NCBI GenBank assembly: GCA_963833095.1
Contig: CAWHWQ010000001.1
Location: forward strand, 320,001 to 384,000
Length of the DNA: 64,000 nt
From: Vulcanimicrobiota bacterium
GTDB lineage: Bacteria > Vulcanimicrobiota > Vulcanimicrobiia > Vulcanimicrobiales > Vulcanimicrobiaceae
Direction: 5' to 3'
In this document: in pieces, positions 51,252 to 61,475 of the stretch
Layout of the letters: each line of letters opens with the position of its first letter
Position numbering within the stretch: position 1 is the first letter of the stretch
Made by a program: the position numbers and the translations under genes
Notes under the pieces: model-generated
Databases searched by the model: none
Seen by the model: only the letters and a program-made list of their open reading frames with translations
What the model was told of the DNA's origin: nothing

Positions 51252-51776
51252 CTGAAGCGCGCTTGCCTGTGCGGCCACATTCAGTGTTTTTTGATTCACG
51301 AGCCCTGCGGAAGCAGCTTCTCGTTGGATCACCGCGAGTGCCTGGGAACTGCCACGATTGAGCGCAAGCGCCTTCGTATAGGTCTCGTCGGCCGTTCGTT
51401 TGATGCGCGAATTTTCGGCAACGAGTGCGGCGTTGTCGTGACGCAGCACGTCTTGCGCCTTTTGTGCGTCGATTCTGCCACGTTCTGATTGCATGCGATT
51501 CACCGTGTCGTAGCCGACAGCTACGATGCTTCCCGCAAGGATGACCAGGCTCAAGGCCCAGGCGGGAAATCGACGCCGAACCGGGTCAGCGCTAGAGGCT
51601 GCTACAATCCCTACGGTGGCCGCGACCGCGATGCCGCCTACGGTAAGGAGGAAGCTGCCGTTACTGAGGACTCCCAGGTCAGAGTACGCGTAGACGGCGA
51701 GATACACACCCGGAGCGCCAATGACCATAGCAAGCGCGCCGGCTGCAATCAGAGTAATGGCCCCGAGCTTTGACAT
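51186..51776 (-). CDS. Hypothetical membrane protein with a coiled-coil tail
   Basis: Three TM segments; GGAG RBS; the 3' end overlaps the convergent gene. Confidence 0.5.
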   Translation of the reverse strand: MSKLGAITLIAAGALAMVIGAPGVYLAVYAYSDLGVLSNGSFLLTVGGIAVAATVGIVAASSADPVRRRFPAWALSLVILAGSIVAVGYDTVNRMQSERGRIDAQKAQDVLRHDNAALVAENSRIKRTADETYTKALALNRGSSQALAVIQREAASAGLVNQKTLNVAAQASALQSSALSALFRLRQQQSTTSCPR

Positions 51777-51809
51777 GGACGGCTCCGGTCACAAGATAGC
51801 GAGAATTCA

Positions 51810-52130
51810 TGGGATGACCGGGACTCGAACCCGGACGCTGTTTCCAGCTGCAGATTTTCGCACCACTATAGCTTTCGCTACCGCGTTCACGTTTGTGGTC
51901 CGGACTGTGCCTTGACCATGCACGTCGAGCGCAAGCTCGATGTGTTTAGGCCGCGCCCGTCCAGTCTCTACACCTTCGGAGATTCGCGCCGCAGCGCGAA
52001 TTCTGCTTGGCTCGGCGTTGTCAGTGAAGAGTTCGCCGACTTTGAGCGCATCCCACAGGGCGTTTCCGGCCCTGCGGCTCAGGGGTTTTTATCCCAAGTC
52101 TGCTGTGTCTGCCAGTTCCACCATCATCCC
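51810..52130 (-). tRNA. tRNA-Leu(TAA) split by an intron (exons 52130-52096 and 51858-51810)
   Basis: Acceptor GGGATGA/TCATCCC-A; anticodon arm GCAGA-CT-T^AA-AA-TCTGC after splicing; long variable arm; GGTTCGAGTCC. Confidence 0.95.
51859..52095 (-). ncRNA. Group I intron (IC3-like), 237 nt, no ORF
   Basis: Inserted after U, ends in G; R-like GTAGAGACTGGACG and S-like AAGGCACAGTCC elements (P7 GACTG/CAGTC); GAAA-capped stems. Confidence 0.92.
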
Positions 52131-52206
52131 GATTTCGTCCCACTCCGTGGGACCGCACATCGTGTGCTCGAAATCACCACCCGCATCCTGCGGGTGCCAG
52201 ATGAGT

Positions 52207-52449
52207 CTATTGTTGATAGTGTTCGACGGTGTCGGCCGTGCGCATGTGCGCGACCTCGGGATCTTGTCCCGCGTCGCGGCGCGCGCGGCGCTGACGTAAC
52301 AGATCAAAGTAGCGGTCGAGCTGCACTTGGACTTCTTCCAAGCGCAAACGGTCCTGCGGCGTCAACTTCCCGCTATCCCCGTGCTCGAGCAGCCGGTGCT
52401 CCTCGGCAACTAAGTCCTCAATGTGTTGGTGGATGGCCTGATCTTCCAT
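52207..52449 (-). CDS. DUF2630-family protein
   Basis: IEDLVAEEHRL...VQLDRYFDLLRQRRARR. Confidence 0.85.
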   Translation of the reverse strand: MEDQAIHQHIEDLVAEEHRLLEHGDSGKLTPQDRLRLEEVQVQLDRYFDLLRQRRARRDAGQDPEVAHMRTADTVEHYQQ

Positions 52450-53398
52450 GTGGGGTCCATCCTGGGCCCGACCCGGCTCGTCCTGCCCGATCCACCTGTT
52501 GGAGCAGATGGCCGAGGAGCAGATCCGCCGTGGTCACGGTGGCGCGCTCCTCGCCGATCAGATCGAGGACGGTCTCGAGCACGATGATGCCCGCGGGAAG
52601 AATATCGGCACGCTGTGGCTTCATCCCGGCCATCGCCTTGCGCTCTTTGAGGGGGAGCGCGCAGAGCCGAACGAGCGCACCCTGCAGATCGCTGCGCGAA
52701 AGTTCGAAGGCATCGATTTTCGTACGCTTCCCGCGAATCAGCGCCGCTACCGTCGTGGCCGAGCCCCCGACGAATGCCACGTGTCCGACTTTCGCAAAAT
52801 CCGCAATCGGCGCAACGGCCTCGCGCGCGATTACCCGCGCTTGTTCGATTGTAGCCAGGTCAACCACACCATCATTGCCTGACAGGAGTGGGAGCATCTC
52901 AGTCAGCCGCACGGCGCCGATCTCACACGAGACGGTTCGATCCGGCGTCGCACCGTTGCCGGTCGCATACTCCGTGCTGCCACCGCCTACGTCGACCACG
53001 CCAAGCTCCTCGTTGTGCAGTGGACCAAAGGCCGTGATCGCGCCACGATAGGACGCCGCGGCTTCTTCGTCGCCCGAAAGTATCTGCAAGGGCACGCCGA
53101 GCAAGCCTTGGACGCGCGTGGTAAACGCGTCGCCGTTGCTCGCGCGGCGCAACGCGCTCGTCGCAATCGCAAAGAGCCGCACGTAGTGGCCGCGCACGGC
53201 GCGAAAGTGCGACGTCACTGCGTCGAATGTGCGCCGCATCGGCTCTTCGCCGAGCTCGCCGCTTTCACGCAAGCCCTCGCCGATGCGCGTGCCGATCGAG
53301 CGCGCGAGGCCGACGCGCGGCACACCGGGCTCCATATCCGCCAATGCGACACGCGTCGAGTTCGTGCCGATCGAAATGACCGCGTAGTGCTTACTCAA
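52418..53398 (-). CDS. ppx: Ppx/GppA-family exopolyphosphatase
   Basis: IGTNS, ATSALR, GDEEA, DVGGGSTE, GAVRLTE, RADIL. Confidence 0.88.
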   Translation of the reverse strand: MSKHYAVISIGTNSTRVALADMEPGVPRVGLARSIGTRIGEGLRESGELGEEPMRRTFDAVTSHFRAVRGHYVRLFAIATSALRRASNGDAFTTRVQGLLGVPLQILSGDEEAAASYRGAITAFGPLHNEELGVVDVGGGSTEYATGNGATPDRTVSCEIGAVRLTEMLPLLSGNDGVVDLATIEQARVIAREAVAPIADFAKVGHVAFVGGSATTVAALIRGKRTKIDAFELSRSDLQGALVRLCALPLKERKAMAGMKPQRADILPAGIIVLETVLDLIGEERATVTTADLLLGHLLQQVDRAGRAGSGPGWTPHGRSGHPPTH

Positions 53399-53735
53399 AT
53401 AGGCGAGCGCGCTTCTTCTTCTGAAGGAAATGGCGCTCGTGCGCTGGGACGCCGTCGGCGTCGTTTTCCCACTCCTGCGTGCTTTCGAGATAGTGCGCGA
53501 TCTGCGCGTCGAGCTCGGGTTCGGCGATGCGGGGAACGATTGTCACCATCGGGCGGCGTGCTCCCGGATGCAGAACGAAGGCGAGAGCCTCGCGCGCCGA
53601 CATCCCGCGATCGTAGTCGACGCGGTGCGCTTCCACATCGCCCGCTGGGGCGCTGGCGAGTTCGCCGCTCTCGAGGCGCACGGTCGCGCCATACGCGTTC
53701 ACATTGATTACGAAACCGTAGACGCGTTCGATCAC
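53391..53735 (-). CDS. S1/OB-fold-like small protein (YabR-like position)
   Basis: GFVINVNAYGATVRL; GTGA overlap with the divIC-like gene. Confidence 0.6.
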   Translation of the reverse strand: MIERVYGFVINVNAYGATVRLESGELASAPAGDVEAHRVDYDRGMSAREALAFVLHPGARRPMVTIVPRIAEPELDAQIAHYLESTQEWENDADGVPAHERHFLQKKKRARLFE

Positions 53736-54106
53736 GGAGTCGGCGAGGACTGCGGTGAGGGGAGCGGGCTGACAAAGACGATCGCTTCGTTGGAACGCAC
53801 GAGGCGCAGGCGATCGTGAATCTCGGGAATTGCCCCTTGCGGATCTTCGAGCCGGCGCAATTGGCGTAGCTGCCACGCGCGGCGCGCCTGCAATTGCGTG
53901 ACGTCGTTCTGCGTCGACGAGAGTTCGTGCGCAAGCGCGACGTTGTCATCGATGACCCGCGCAAACTGTACCGCCACCAGCGTAAACACCAAGAGCGCAA
54001 CGGCGGCGGCGGTAAGACGTCCCAGAAAACGCCATATCAATGAAGCGCGCGTGCGGCGCTTCACCGTGCTGACGTTCCGATGTCCCCCTGACGCTCCGTT
54101 TGCCAT
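53732..54106 (-). CDS. Septum formation initiator (DivIC/FtsB family)
   Basis: TM, coiled coil, LEDP...RLRLVRSNE. Confidence 0.75.
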   Translation of the reverse strand: MANGASGGHRNVSTVKRRTRASLIWRFLGRLTAAAVALLVFTLVAVQFARVIDDNVALAHELSSTQNDVTQLQARRAWQLRQLRRLEDPQGAIPEIHDRLRLVRSNEAIVFVSPLPSPQSSPTP

Positions 54107-55050
54107 GCGCCTATCCGGCGATACTTCTGATAACGAGCCTCTCGTAATTCTTGCGGCGATATCCGCGCGAGCCGTTCAACTGCCGCCGACGCCGCATCTA
54201 GAACCTTTGCCACGACCCCTGTCGGATCGCGATGCGCGCCGCCGATCGGTTCGGCCACGATCTCATCGATAATACCAAACTGCTGCAAATCTGCCGAGGT
54301 GAGCTTCAGCCGCGACGCGGCTTCCTCCGCTTTAGCGGCATCGCCCCACAGGATCGCCGCGCAACCTTCCGGCGACGCAACCGAGTAGACCGAGTTCTCG
54401 AGCATGAGGACGTGATCGGCAATGCCCAGGGCCAGCGCGCCGCCCGAGCCGCCCTCGCCGATGATCGACGCGACGATGGGCACACGTGCCCGCGTGAACT
54501 CCTGGAGGCACATGGCGATCGCTTCAGACTGCGCGTGCTCTTCGGATGCAATTCCGGGGTCGGCGCCCTTGGTATCGATAAACGTTACGATGGGCAGGCC
54601 TAACCGCGAGGCCGTGTGTGCTAGGCGCTGGACCTTACGATAGCCCTCGGGGGTCACCATGCCGAAGTTTCGGCGCAGATTTTCCTTGGTGTCGCGCCCG
54701 CGCTGCTGACCAATGGCCATGACCGCGCGCCCGCGTAGGATCGCAAAGCCCGCCACGATGGCGGGATCGTCACGGAACTCGCGGTCGCCGTGCAGCTCAT
54801 CGAAGCGATCGAGCTTGGCGATGAAATCGAGCGAGGTGGGTCGGCTGGGATGCCGCGCCATATTGACCTTTTCCCACGCCGTAAGCGATCCGAAGAGCTC
54901 GCGCTGAAGCGTTTCGTATTTCTGTTCGAGCGATGCAATTTCGGCAGAGAAGTCGACCGGCTGGTTGACGTTGGCACTACGTAAGTCGGCGATGCGACGT
55001 TCAACCTCGAGCAGTCCGCGCTCGCGCTCGACGATCACGTTCCCGTTCAC
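54061..55050 (-). CDS. accA: Acetyl-CoA carboxylase carboxyltransferase alpha
   Basis: ARHPSRP, ELHGDR, PEGYRK, GEGGSGGA, GGAHRD. Confidence 0.96.
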   Translation of the reverse strand: MNGNVIVERERGLLEVERRIADLRSANVNQPVDFSAEIASLEQKYETLQRELFGSLTAWEKVNMARHPSRPTSLDFIAKLDRFDELHGDREFRDDPAIVAGFAILRGRAVMAIGQQRGRDTKENLRRNFGMVTPEGYRKVQRLAHTASRLGLPIVTFIDTKGADPGIASEEHAQSEAIAMCLQEFTRARVPIVASIIGEGGSGGALALGIADHVLMLENSVYSVASPEGCAAILWGDAAKAEEAASRLKLTSADLQQFGIIDEIVAEPIGGAHRDPTGVVAKVLDAASAAVERLARISPQELREARYQKYRRIGAWQTERQGDIGTSAR

Positions 55051-55898
55051 TGACGAACCTTGATCCCACCGGCCGAGTACTGCAGCAGGCGGAGCAGCGT
55101 GGTCTTGAGATCGTGCCGGTCGACCACCATGTCGATGTGGCCCTTCTCGAGCAAAAACTCTGCCGTCTGAAACTGATCGGGAAGCTTTTGCCGGATCGTT
55201 TGCTCGATGACCCGGCGCCCCGCAAAGCCGATCATCGCCTTGGGTTCGGCGACGATAACGTCGGACTCAAACGCAAACGACGCCGAGACGCCGCCGGTCG
55301 TCGGATCGGTCAGCACGGTAACGAAGAAATTCCCGTCTTCCTTAAACCGAGTAACGGCGGCAGTCGTTTTGGCCATCTGCATCAGCGCGAACATGCCCTC
55401 TTCCATGCGCGCACCGCCCGACGCAGTGACAATAATGCATGGAATCCGGCGCCTGCGCGCCTCCTCCAGGAGCAGCGTAACGCGCTCGCCGACGACCGTG
55501 CCCATGGTTCCACCGCGAAAATGGAAGTCCATGACCCCGAGGGCAATCTCGAACCCGTCGATCGAACCGATGCCGCATACCACGCCTTCTGAGATCCCGC
55601 TTTTCTCACGATCGCCCGCGAGCTTGACTGGATACGTCTTCTTGTCGACCCATCCGAGCGGATCGCCGGGCAGAATCTCGCTGCCGATCTCGGTAAAATC
55701 GCCATCAATCAACATGTTGATGCGATCGTAGGCATTCATCCTAAAGTGATGGCCGCACTTCGTGCACACATCGTAATTCGACGAAAGATCGCGCCGATAG
55801 AGCACCTCACCACAGGACGGGCACTTCGTCCACAGCGCCGCATCGCGGGTATCGGCTTCTTTACCGCGGCGTCGCAGCAGCCAATCGGGAATAGACAC
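55047..55898 (-). CDS. accD: Acetyl-CoA carboxylase carboxyltransferase beta
   Basis: Zn finger CPSC..CTKC, SGGARM, PTTGGV, GFAGRRVIEQ. Confidence 0.96.
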   Translation of the reverse strand: MSIPDWLLRRRGKEADTRDAALWTKCPSCGEVLYRRDLSSNYDVCTKCGHHFRMNAYDRINMLIDGDFTEIGSEILPGDPLGWVDKKTYPVKLAGDREKSGISEGVVCGIGSIDGFEIALGVMDFHFRGGTMGTVVGERVTLLLEEARRRRIPCIIVTASGGARMEEGMFALMQMAKTTAAVTRFKEDGNFFVTVLTDPTTGGVSASFAFESDVIVAEPKAMIGFAGRRVIEQTIRQKLPDQFQTAEFLLEKGHIDMVVDRHDLKTTLLRLLQYSAGGIKVRQ

Positions 55899-55899
55899 G

Positions 55900-56616
55900 T
55901 TAGCTGCGCCCCGCGAAGATCCGCGCCACGTACAGCTTGCGCAACTGCTTGAGATAATTGAAGATCTCGTTCTGGTTCAACTTCGACTCGCCCACGATCC
56001 GGTCGGTGAAGACGTACGGAATCTCGATTGCGCGCCCGTAGTGCGCCTTGGCGATAACCTCCAGCCCAATCTTGAACCCGATCGGATCGAGCTGTACGCC
56101 TTCGAGCGCTTCGCGCTTGACCAGAAAATAACCGCTGGTGAGATCTTTGACGCCGGTGAGTGGTCTTGCAAGCGCGCAGGCGACACGCGACGTGATGATC
56201 CGGCGCCGAGGCCAATTCGCGATGCCGCCGCCCTTGACGTAGCGGCTTCCGATCGCAAGGCCGTACTCTCCGGATTCGAGCGCCGCGACCATTAATGGGA
56301 GGATGTTGATGTCGTGGCTGAAGTCGGCGTCCATGGCGCCCAGCGCCTGGGACTGCGGACGCGCAAACGCCCACCCATCGATCACGCCGCTTGAAAGTCC
56401 GAGCTTGCCTGGACGATGCAAACATCGGACCGGAAGTTCGGCGGCGAGGCGATCGACGATGGCACCGGTGCCGTCGGGCGAATTGTCATCGACGACGATG
56501 ATCTCGCCGTCAAGGTCGTGCGCTTTGAACACATCGCTCACCGCGCGCAGCAAACGCTCGATGCCGCCTGCTTCGTTGTAGGTTGGAACGACGATGGAAA
56601 AAGGGAGTTTGGCCAT
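55900..56616 (-). CDS. Polyprenol-phosphate mannosyltransferase-like GT2
   Basis: VPTYNE, VDDNSPDGT, MDADFSH, GSRY, GESKL. Confidence 0.9.
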   Translation of the reverse strand: MAKLPFSIVVPTYNEAGGIERLLRAVSDVFKAHDLDGEIIVVDDNSPDGTGAIVDRLAAELPVRCLHRPGKLGLSSGVIDGWAFARPQSQALGAMDADFSHDINILPLMVAALESGEYGLAIGSRYVKGGGIANWPRRRIITSRVACALARPLTGVKDLTSGYFLVKREALEGVQLDPIGFKIGLEVIAKAHYGRAIEIPYVFTDRIVGESKLNQNEIFNYLKQLRKLYVARIFAGRS

Positions 56617-56659
56617 AGTCTAGCCCGAGCCCATACGACGGGATGACGCAGGTTTCCGC

Positions 56660-58531
56660 TTACGAAGCGGCGGTCGCCACGCCTTTGCCGGCGCGTTTCG
56701 ACGCGTACATCGCCTCGTCGGCCCGCGCCAACAATTCCTCGGCGGTGCCGGCGTCGCGCGGGTACGCCGCGATCCCGACACTGGCGCCAACGGCTACCGA
56801 GCGGCCGTCAAAAATCGCGCGTTCGGATGCAGCCTGGATCAGACGCTCCGCCAGACGAAGCGCTTCGCTGTCGCTGTTCGTAGTGGTCTGCAACGCGAGG
56901 AACTCATCGCCACCGACACGCGCGAGAACGTCGCCCTCGCGAAGCACCGCTCGTAAACGCGCGGCCGTGATCGACAGAAAGTCGTCGCCTATCGCGTGCC
57001 CGAACGCATCGTTGACGCCTTTGAAGCCGTCGAGGTCGATGAAATAAGCGATGACTTGTTCGCCGGTACGGTGCGCTCGTGCAATCGCGAGCCGCAATTG
57101 CTCCATTGCGTACCGCCGGTTCGGCAAGCGCGTCACCGAGTCGACGTAGGCAATCTCTTCCAACTCATCTTCGCGGTGCTCACGCGCAAGCGACGCACCG
57201 ATCATTGCGGCGACGACCCTGGCAAAATCCAGATCTGCTTCCTCAAAGGGACGCCGCCGTTGCTTGCGCGACATGAAGGCCAAGCCTCCCACCGGCACGC
57301 CGTCGGCGAACGCCGTGGTGATGATCAACGCGCCCCAGCCAAAGCGCGCCTGCGCCGCGTCATTTTCCCATTCGTTGCTCTCGTGATTCCAGAACGAGAT
57401 TATCTTGTTCGTTCCGAGGATATGCCGCGTATACGATTCACCAAACGGAAACGAGTCGCCGGCTTGGAGCGTGTCCCCGACCGAGTGCATGATCTTCACT
57501 TGATCGTCGACGACGCGCGATACGGTAGCGCCTTGCATTTCGAGCGCCCGCACCGCAAATTGAAGCGTTTCGCTGATCTGGCGATCGACCGAACCTGCAT
57601 GCATCGAGGCGATCCGCGAAAGGGACCGCAATCGCTCGCGCTGCAGGCCCTCGCGAAATTCAATCTCGCGCTCGCGCGTCACGTCGCGCGCGATCACGTA
57701 CACGCCCTCCAACTCGCCGCTCACGCGCATGGGCACGGTGTCGACGCGCACTATCACCGCCGAACCGTTCTTCGAGCGCAGGGCTGCATCGAATCGCATC
57801 GAGGTATCCGAGAAGAGCGCGCTTGCAAGCCCGGCGTGCTCGATCGCATCCGGCGCAGGCGCGAGCGAATCAATGGGAACCCCGATCAGCTCCTCGGCGC
57901 GATAGAGCGTCAAACGCTCGAGTTCGGGGTTCGCGCGAACGATGCGGCTTTGCGCGTCGATGAGCGCAATCGCGTCGGGATGGAAATCGAACATCGAGCT
58001 CAAGCGCTCGCCGCTCTCTTCGAGCCGATCGACCATGGCCGCCCAGCGCGCTTCCGCCGGCCGCGCCAGCCGGAAGTAAAGCACGGCCACGATGGTCATC
58101 GCAATCAGGCTGATAGCGATTGCTAGAAGACGAAAGCGCGTGCGCCAGGCCCGCGCACTTCGATCGTAAGCGCTGGTCTTGGCGTCAAAAAGATTGAAGA
58201 CCGCGAGCGCGTCGGCGCGCGTTGGGTGCGCCAAGTAGCGCCCGAAAAGCGCGCTCTCATCGGGAGAGAGATCGTTGAAGTTCGACTGCATAGCGCTCAG
58301 CGCCGCAATACTGCCGTGCAAATCGGCTTCATTGTTTGCCGTTGCGTCGTACAGGATCCGCCACGTTGCGGCGCGCCTCAAACCACTGGAATTCACCGAC
58401 CGCGACGGCGGCGTAGCGGAGACCGTAAGCACGATGAGGACCACGACCTGGACGACCAGGACACCAACGATTGCTAAAGCGCCGGCTGCTCCCATACTGC
58501 GCAGCCGGCCGCCGCCGCGGCGTTCATTCAT
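56660..58531 (-). CDS. Membrane PAS-GAF diguanylate cyclase
   Basis: Two TMs, PAS, GAF, DLDGFKGVND.FGH..GD, GGDEF. Confidence 0.92.
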   Translation of the reverse strand: MNERRGGGRLRSMGAAGALAIVGVLVVQVVVLIVLTVSATPPSRSVNSSGLRRAATWRILYDATANNEADLHGSIAALSAMQSNFNDLSPDESALFGRYLAHPTRADALAVFNLFDAKTSAYDRSARAWRTRFRLLAIAISLIAMTIVAVLYFRLARPAEARWAAMVDRLEESGERLSSMFDFHPDAIALIDAQSRIVRANPELERLTLYRAEELIGVPIDSLAPAPDAIEHAGLASALFSDTSMRFDAALRSKNGSAVIVRVDTVPMRVSGELEGVYVIARDVTREREIEFREGLQRERLRSLSRIASMHAGSVDRQISETLQFAVRALEMQGATVSRVVDDQVKIMHSVGDTLQAGDSFPFGESYTRHILGTNKIISFWNHESNEWENDAAQARFGWGALIITTAFADGVPVGGLAFMSRKQRRRPFEEADLDFARVVAAMIGASLAREHREDELEEIAYVDSVTRLPNRRYAMEQLRLAIARAHRTGEQVIAYFIDLDGFKGVNDAFGHAIGDDFLSITAARLRAVLREGDVLARVGGDEFLALQTTTNSDSEALRLAERLIQAASERAIFDGRSVAVGASVGIAAYPRDAGTAEELLARADEAMYASKRAGKGVATAAS

Positions 58532-58563
58532 TACTTAGGTTATCGTAAATAGGCGCAACGGCT

Positions 58564-59295
58564 TTATATCCCCAGCTCGTAATCGAGCACCGCGACCACC
58601 GCTAAGGCAGCCGTTTCGGTGCGCAGAATGCGCGAGCCCAGCGACAGCAGATGCGCGCCCGCGGCCTCCGCGGACTCGGCTTCGAGGTGGGAAAAGCCGC
58701 CCTCAGGACCGATGACCACCAGAATCCGCTGCGCGCCGCTGATGAGGCGGGGCAGATGTTCGCGCAGTGGTTGTTGCGCGGCGACCTCCCATGGGAAGAG
58801 CACCGTATCGTACTCCGAAAATTGCGAGCAGAGCTGCGCGAACGGCAAGGGTTCGGTAACGGCGAGGAGGTCGGTGCGACCACTCTGCTGCGCCGAGCTA
58901 CGCGCAAGCCGCCTCCAGCGCTCGAGCTTTGTCGCGCCGAGGTCTTGAACGATGGTACGTTCGCTCTGCAAAGGGATCAGCGTGCGCACACCCAGCTCGC
59001 CCAATTTCTCGACGACAAAGTCCATCTTCTGGCCTTTTGGAATGCCTTGTGCGACGTCGATCGCGACCCGCGCGGCGACGGCCGGTGCGCGCGCTTCGCC
59101 AAGGCGCGCGTGCAGCGCCCCATCTATCGTTTGGAGTGTTGCGGCAAAAATCGCGCCGGCCGAATCGACAACCTCGATGACGTCGCCGTCGCGCAAGCGT
59201 AAGACGTTGACGATCTTATGCGCGTCGCTGCCATGAACGGCGACGACTTCCCCGGCACGATGGGCGTCGCGAACGAAAAACCGCCGAGCCGGCAT
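58564..59295 (-). CDS. rsmE: 16S rRNA m3U1498 methyltransferase
   Basis: HKIVNVLRL, ELGV, IGPEGGF, LGSRILRTETA. Confidence 0.95.
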   Translation of the reverse strand: MPARRFFVRDAHRAGEVVAVHGSDAHKIVNVLRLRDGDVIEVVDSAGAIFAATLQTIDGALHARLGEARAPAVAARVAIDVAQGIPKGQKMDFVVEKLGELGVRTLIPLQSERTIVQDLGATKLERWRRLARSSAQQSGRTDLLAVTEPLPFAQLCSQFSEYDTVLFPWEVAAQQPLREHLPRLISGAQRILVVIGPEGGFSHLEAESAEAAGAHLLSLGSRILRTETAALAVVAVLDYELGI

Positions 59296-59302
59296 GCGCG
59301 CC

Positions 59303-60427
59303 CTACTCGGGGCGGAACGCGTCCTTCACGCGGTCGAGAAAACTCTTCTCTTCGATTGCATCGCCGCCGGCGCGCGCGTACTCTTCGAGCGTTTCGCGTT
59401 GACGCTTATTGAGCTTGGTCGGAACGACGACGTGAACGGTGACGTGATGATCGCCACGCTGCGATCCGCGTACCGACGGCATGCCGTGACCACGAAGGCG
59501 TAGCGTCGTGCCGCTCTGCGTTCCCGCGGGAATGCCGAGCTGCAGAGGTCCCTCGAGCGACGGCACGTCGAGCGTCGTTCCCAGTGCCGCAAGCGGAAAA
59601 CTGATCGGCACGTCAATGAACGTTTCGAGCCCGTCGCGCCGAAAGAGCGGATGCGCTGCCACGCTGAGGTAGACATAGAGATCGCCGGCCGGCCCGCCGC
59701 GAATGCCGGCTTCGCCGTTTCCGGCGATGCGAATCCGCGAACCGTCGTCGACACCGGCGGGGACACGCACGGTGAGTTTGCGCTCGATTTCCTGACGTCC
59801 GCGGCCGCCGCAGATCGCGCACGGCTGCGTGATCACGTGACCTTCACCGCCGCACGCATTGCAGGCCGTTTGCGTGACGAATTGACCGAGCGGAGTCTGA
59901 CGAACGGTGCGCATGACGCCACTGCCGTGACAGCGCTCGCATCCGGCGACCAGCGAACCGGGTTGCGCGCCGGACCCCTTGCACGTCTCGCATTGGGTGA
60001 GATGCGAAAATTGAATCTCTCTCGTCGTTCCGGCGAACGCTTCGTCGAGCGTGATCTCGAGATCGTAACGCAGATCCGATCCGCGCTGCGGCCCGCTGCG
60101 GCGCGGCTGCGCCTGGGCGCGCGCTTCACCGAAGAACATATCGAAGATGTCGCCGAAGCCGTTGGGACCAAAGCCCGAGAAACCGAAGTCGGCGCCGCCC
60201 TGCGGCCCGCTGACGGTCCCGAAGCGATCGTACTGCGCTCGCTTTTGCGGATCCGAAAGCACTTCGTACGCTTCGTTGATCTCTTTGAAGAGATGCTCTG
60301 CGCCGGCTTTGTCGTGCGAGACGTCGGGATGGTGACGCCGCGCGAGCGAGCGATAGGCGCGCTTGATATCGTCCGGCGATGCGTCTCGCGTGACGCCGAG
60401 CACGTCGTAATAATCCTTGGTGGGCAT
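59303..60427 (-). CDS. dnaJ: Chaperone DnaJ
   Basis: HPD J-domain, G/F region, four CxxCxGxG repeats. Confidence 0.97.
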   Translation of the reverse strand: MPTKDYYDVLGVTRDASPDDIKRAYRSLARRHHPDVSHDKAGAEHLFKEINEAYEVLSDPQKRAQYDRFGTVSGPQGGADFGFSGFGPNGFGDIFDMFFGEARAQAQPRRSGPQRGSDLRYDLEITLDEAFAGTTREIQFSHLTQCETCKGSGAQPGSLVAGCERCHGSGVMRTVRQTPLGQFVTQTACNACGGEGHVITQPCAICGGRGRQEIERKLTVRVPAGVDDGSRIRIAGNGEAGIRGGPAGDLYVYLSVAAHPLFRRDGLETFIDVPISFPLAALGTTLDVPSLEGPLQLGIPAGTQSGTTLRLRGHGMPSVRGSQRGDHHVTVHVVVPTKLNKRQRETLEEYARAGGDAIEEKSFLDRVKDAFRPE

Positions 60428-60428
60428 T

Positions 60429-61469
60429 TTACTCTATATCGGAAAGTCGTTCGGAAAGGGTATCGGCAGTTCCCGACGCGAGCGCGACAAGGCGCGCATA
60501 GGGCATGCGTCGCGGGCCCAGGATTGAGAGCATCCCAATCGCGTTGGGTCCGAAGCGGTAGGGCACGGTAACGACCGAAAGATCGGCCAGCTCGTCACTG
60601 CCGAATTCGGCCCCGATTTTGACGCTGGCCGCTTCGTTGACGATCGCGTCGGCGACCATATCGTACAACGTCTTTTGCTCTTCGACGATCCGCAGAATAG
60701 AGCGCAACTTGCGCAAGTCGTGGAACTCGGGCTGATCGAGCAGGTTCTGCGCGCCCGCTGCGGCAATCGACGGCGCCTGCGTGCTGCGCGCACTGCGTAG
60801 CGCGGCCACGACCGCGCCGCGCAACTCGTCGGAGAGACCCAACTCATCGATGGCGCCCTGAACGTCGTGCTCGCCAATGTCGCGCATCAAGCGATTCCCA
60901 AGGCGGGCATTGAGCGCATTGGAGAGCTGCGTGAGCGCGTCAGCTTCGAGGTCGCTCGTCACCTCAAAAAGCGTCTGGGCCGCTACGCCCAGCGACGTCA
61001 CGACGATCGCGACGCCGGTGCGCGGCGAGAGCCAAATGAGCTGAATATGCTTGAAGCTTTGCGTGTCGTTCTGCGGTTTGGTGACGAAGGCAAGGTTGTT
61101 CGAAAGGCGTCCGAGCAGGCGCGTCGCGCTCTCGATAACGTCGTCCAACTCGCGGCTGGCCTCGCGTAGATCCTCGCGAATGCGCCGACGATCTTCGGCC
61201 GGCAACGTCTCGGGCTGCATGAGCTCGTCGACGTAGGTGCGGTAGCCCGCGTCCGAGGGCACCCGGCCCGCCGACGTGTGCGGCTGAACCAGGTAGCCGC
61301 CGGCTTCCAGTTCGGCCATCTCGTTGCGCACCGTGGCCGAGCTCACGCCGAGGTTGTACTTCTGCGTGAGCGTGTTCGAGCCGACCGGCTCGGCGGTCGC
61401 AATATATTCGTAGACGACCGTTGCCAGGATGTAGGCTTTGCGCTTGTCCAGTCCGCCCTCACTCTTCAT
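60429..61469 (-). CDS. hrcA: Heat-inducible transcription repressor
   Basis: [32 protein letters not shown]. Confidence 0.97.
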   Translation of the reverse strand: MKSEGGLDKRKAYILATVVYEYIATAEPVGSNTLTQKYNLGVSSATVRNEMAELEAGGYLVQPHTSAGRVPSDAGYRTYVDELMQPETLPAEDRRRIREDLREASRELDDVIESATRLLGRLSNNLAFVTKPQNDTQSFKHIQLIWLSPRTGVAIVVTSLGVAAQTLFEVTSDLEADALTQLSNALNARLGNRLMRDIGEHDVQGAIDELGLSDELRGAVVAALRSARSTQAPSIAAAGAQNLLDQPEFHDLRKLRSILRIVEEQKTLYDMVADAIVNEAASVKIGAEFGSDELADLSVVTVPYRFGPNAIGMLSILGPRRMPYARLVALASGTADTLSERLSDIE

Positions 61470-61475
61470 TGCCGG

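Noticed and set aside
51912..53051. 379-aa plus-strand ORF as an intron-encoded homing endonuclease
   Set aside because: Antisense to the intron, tRNA, DUF2630 and ppx genes; no LAGLIDADG, HNH or GIY-YIG motif
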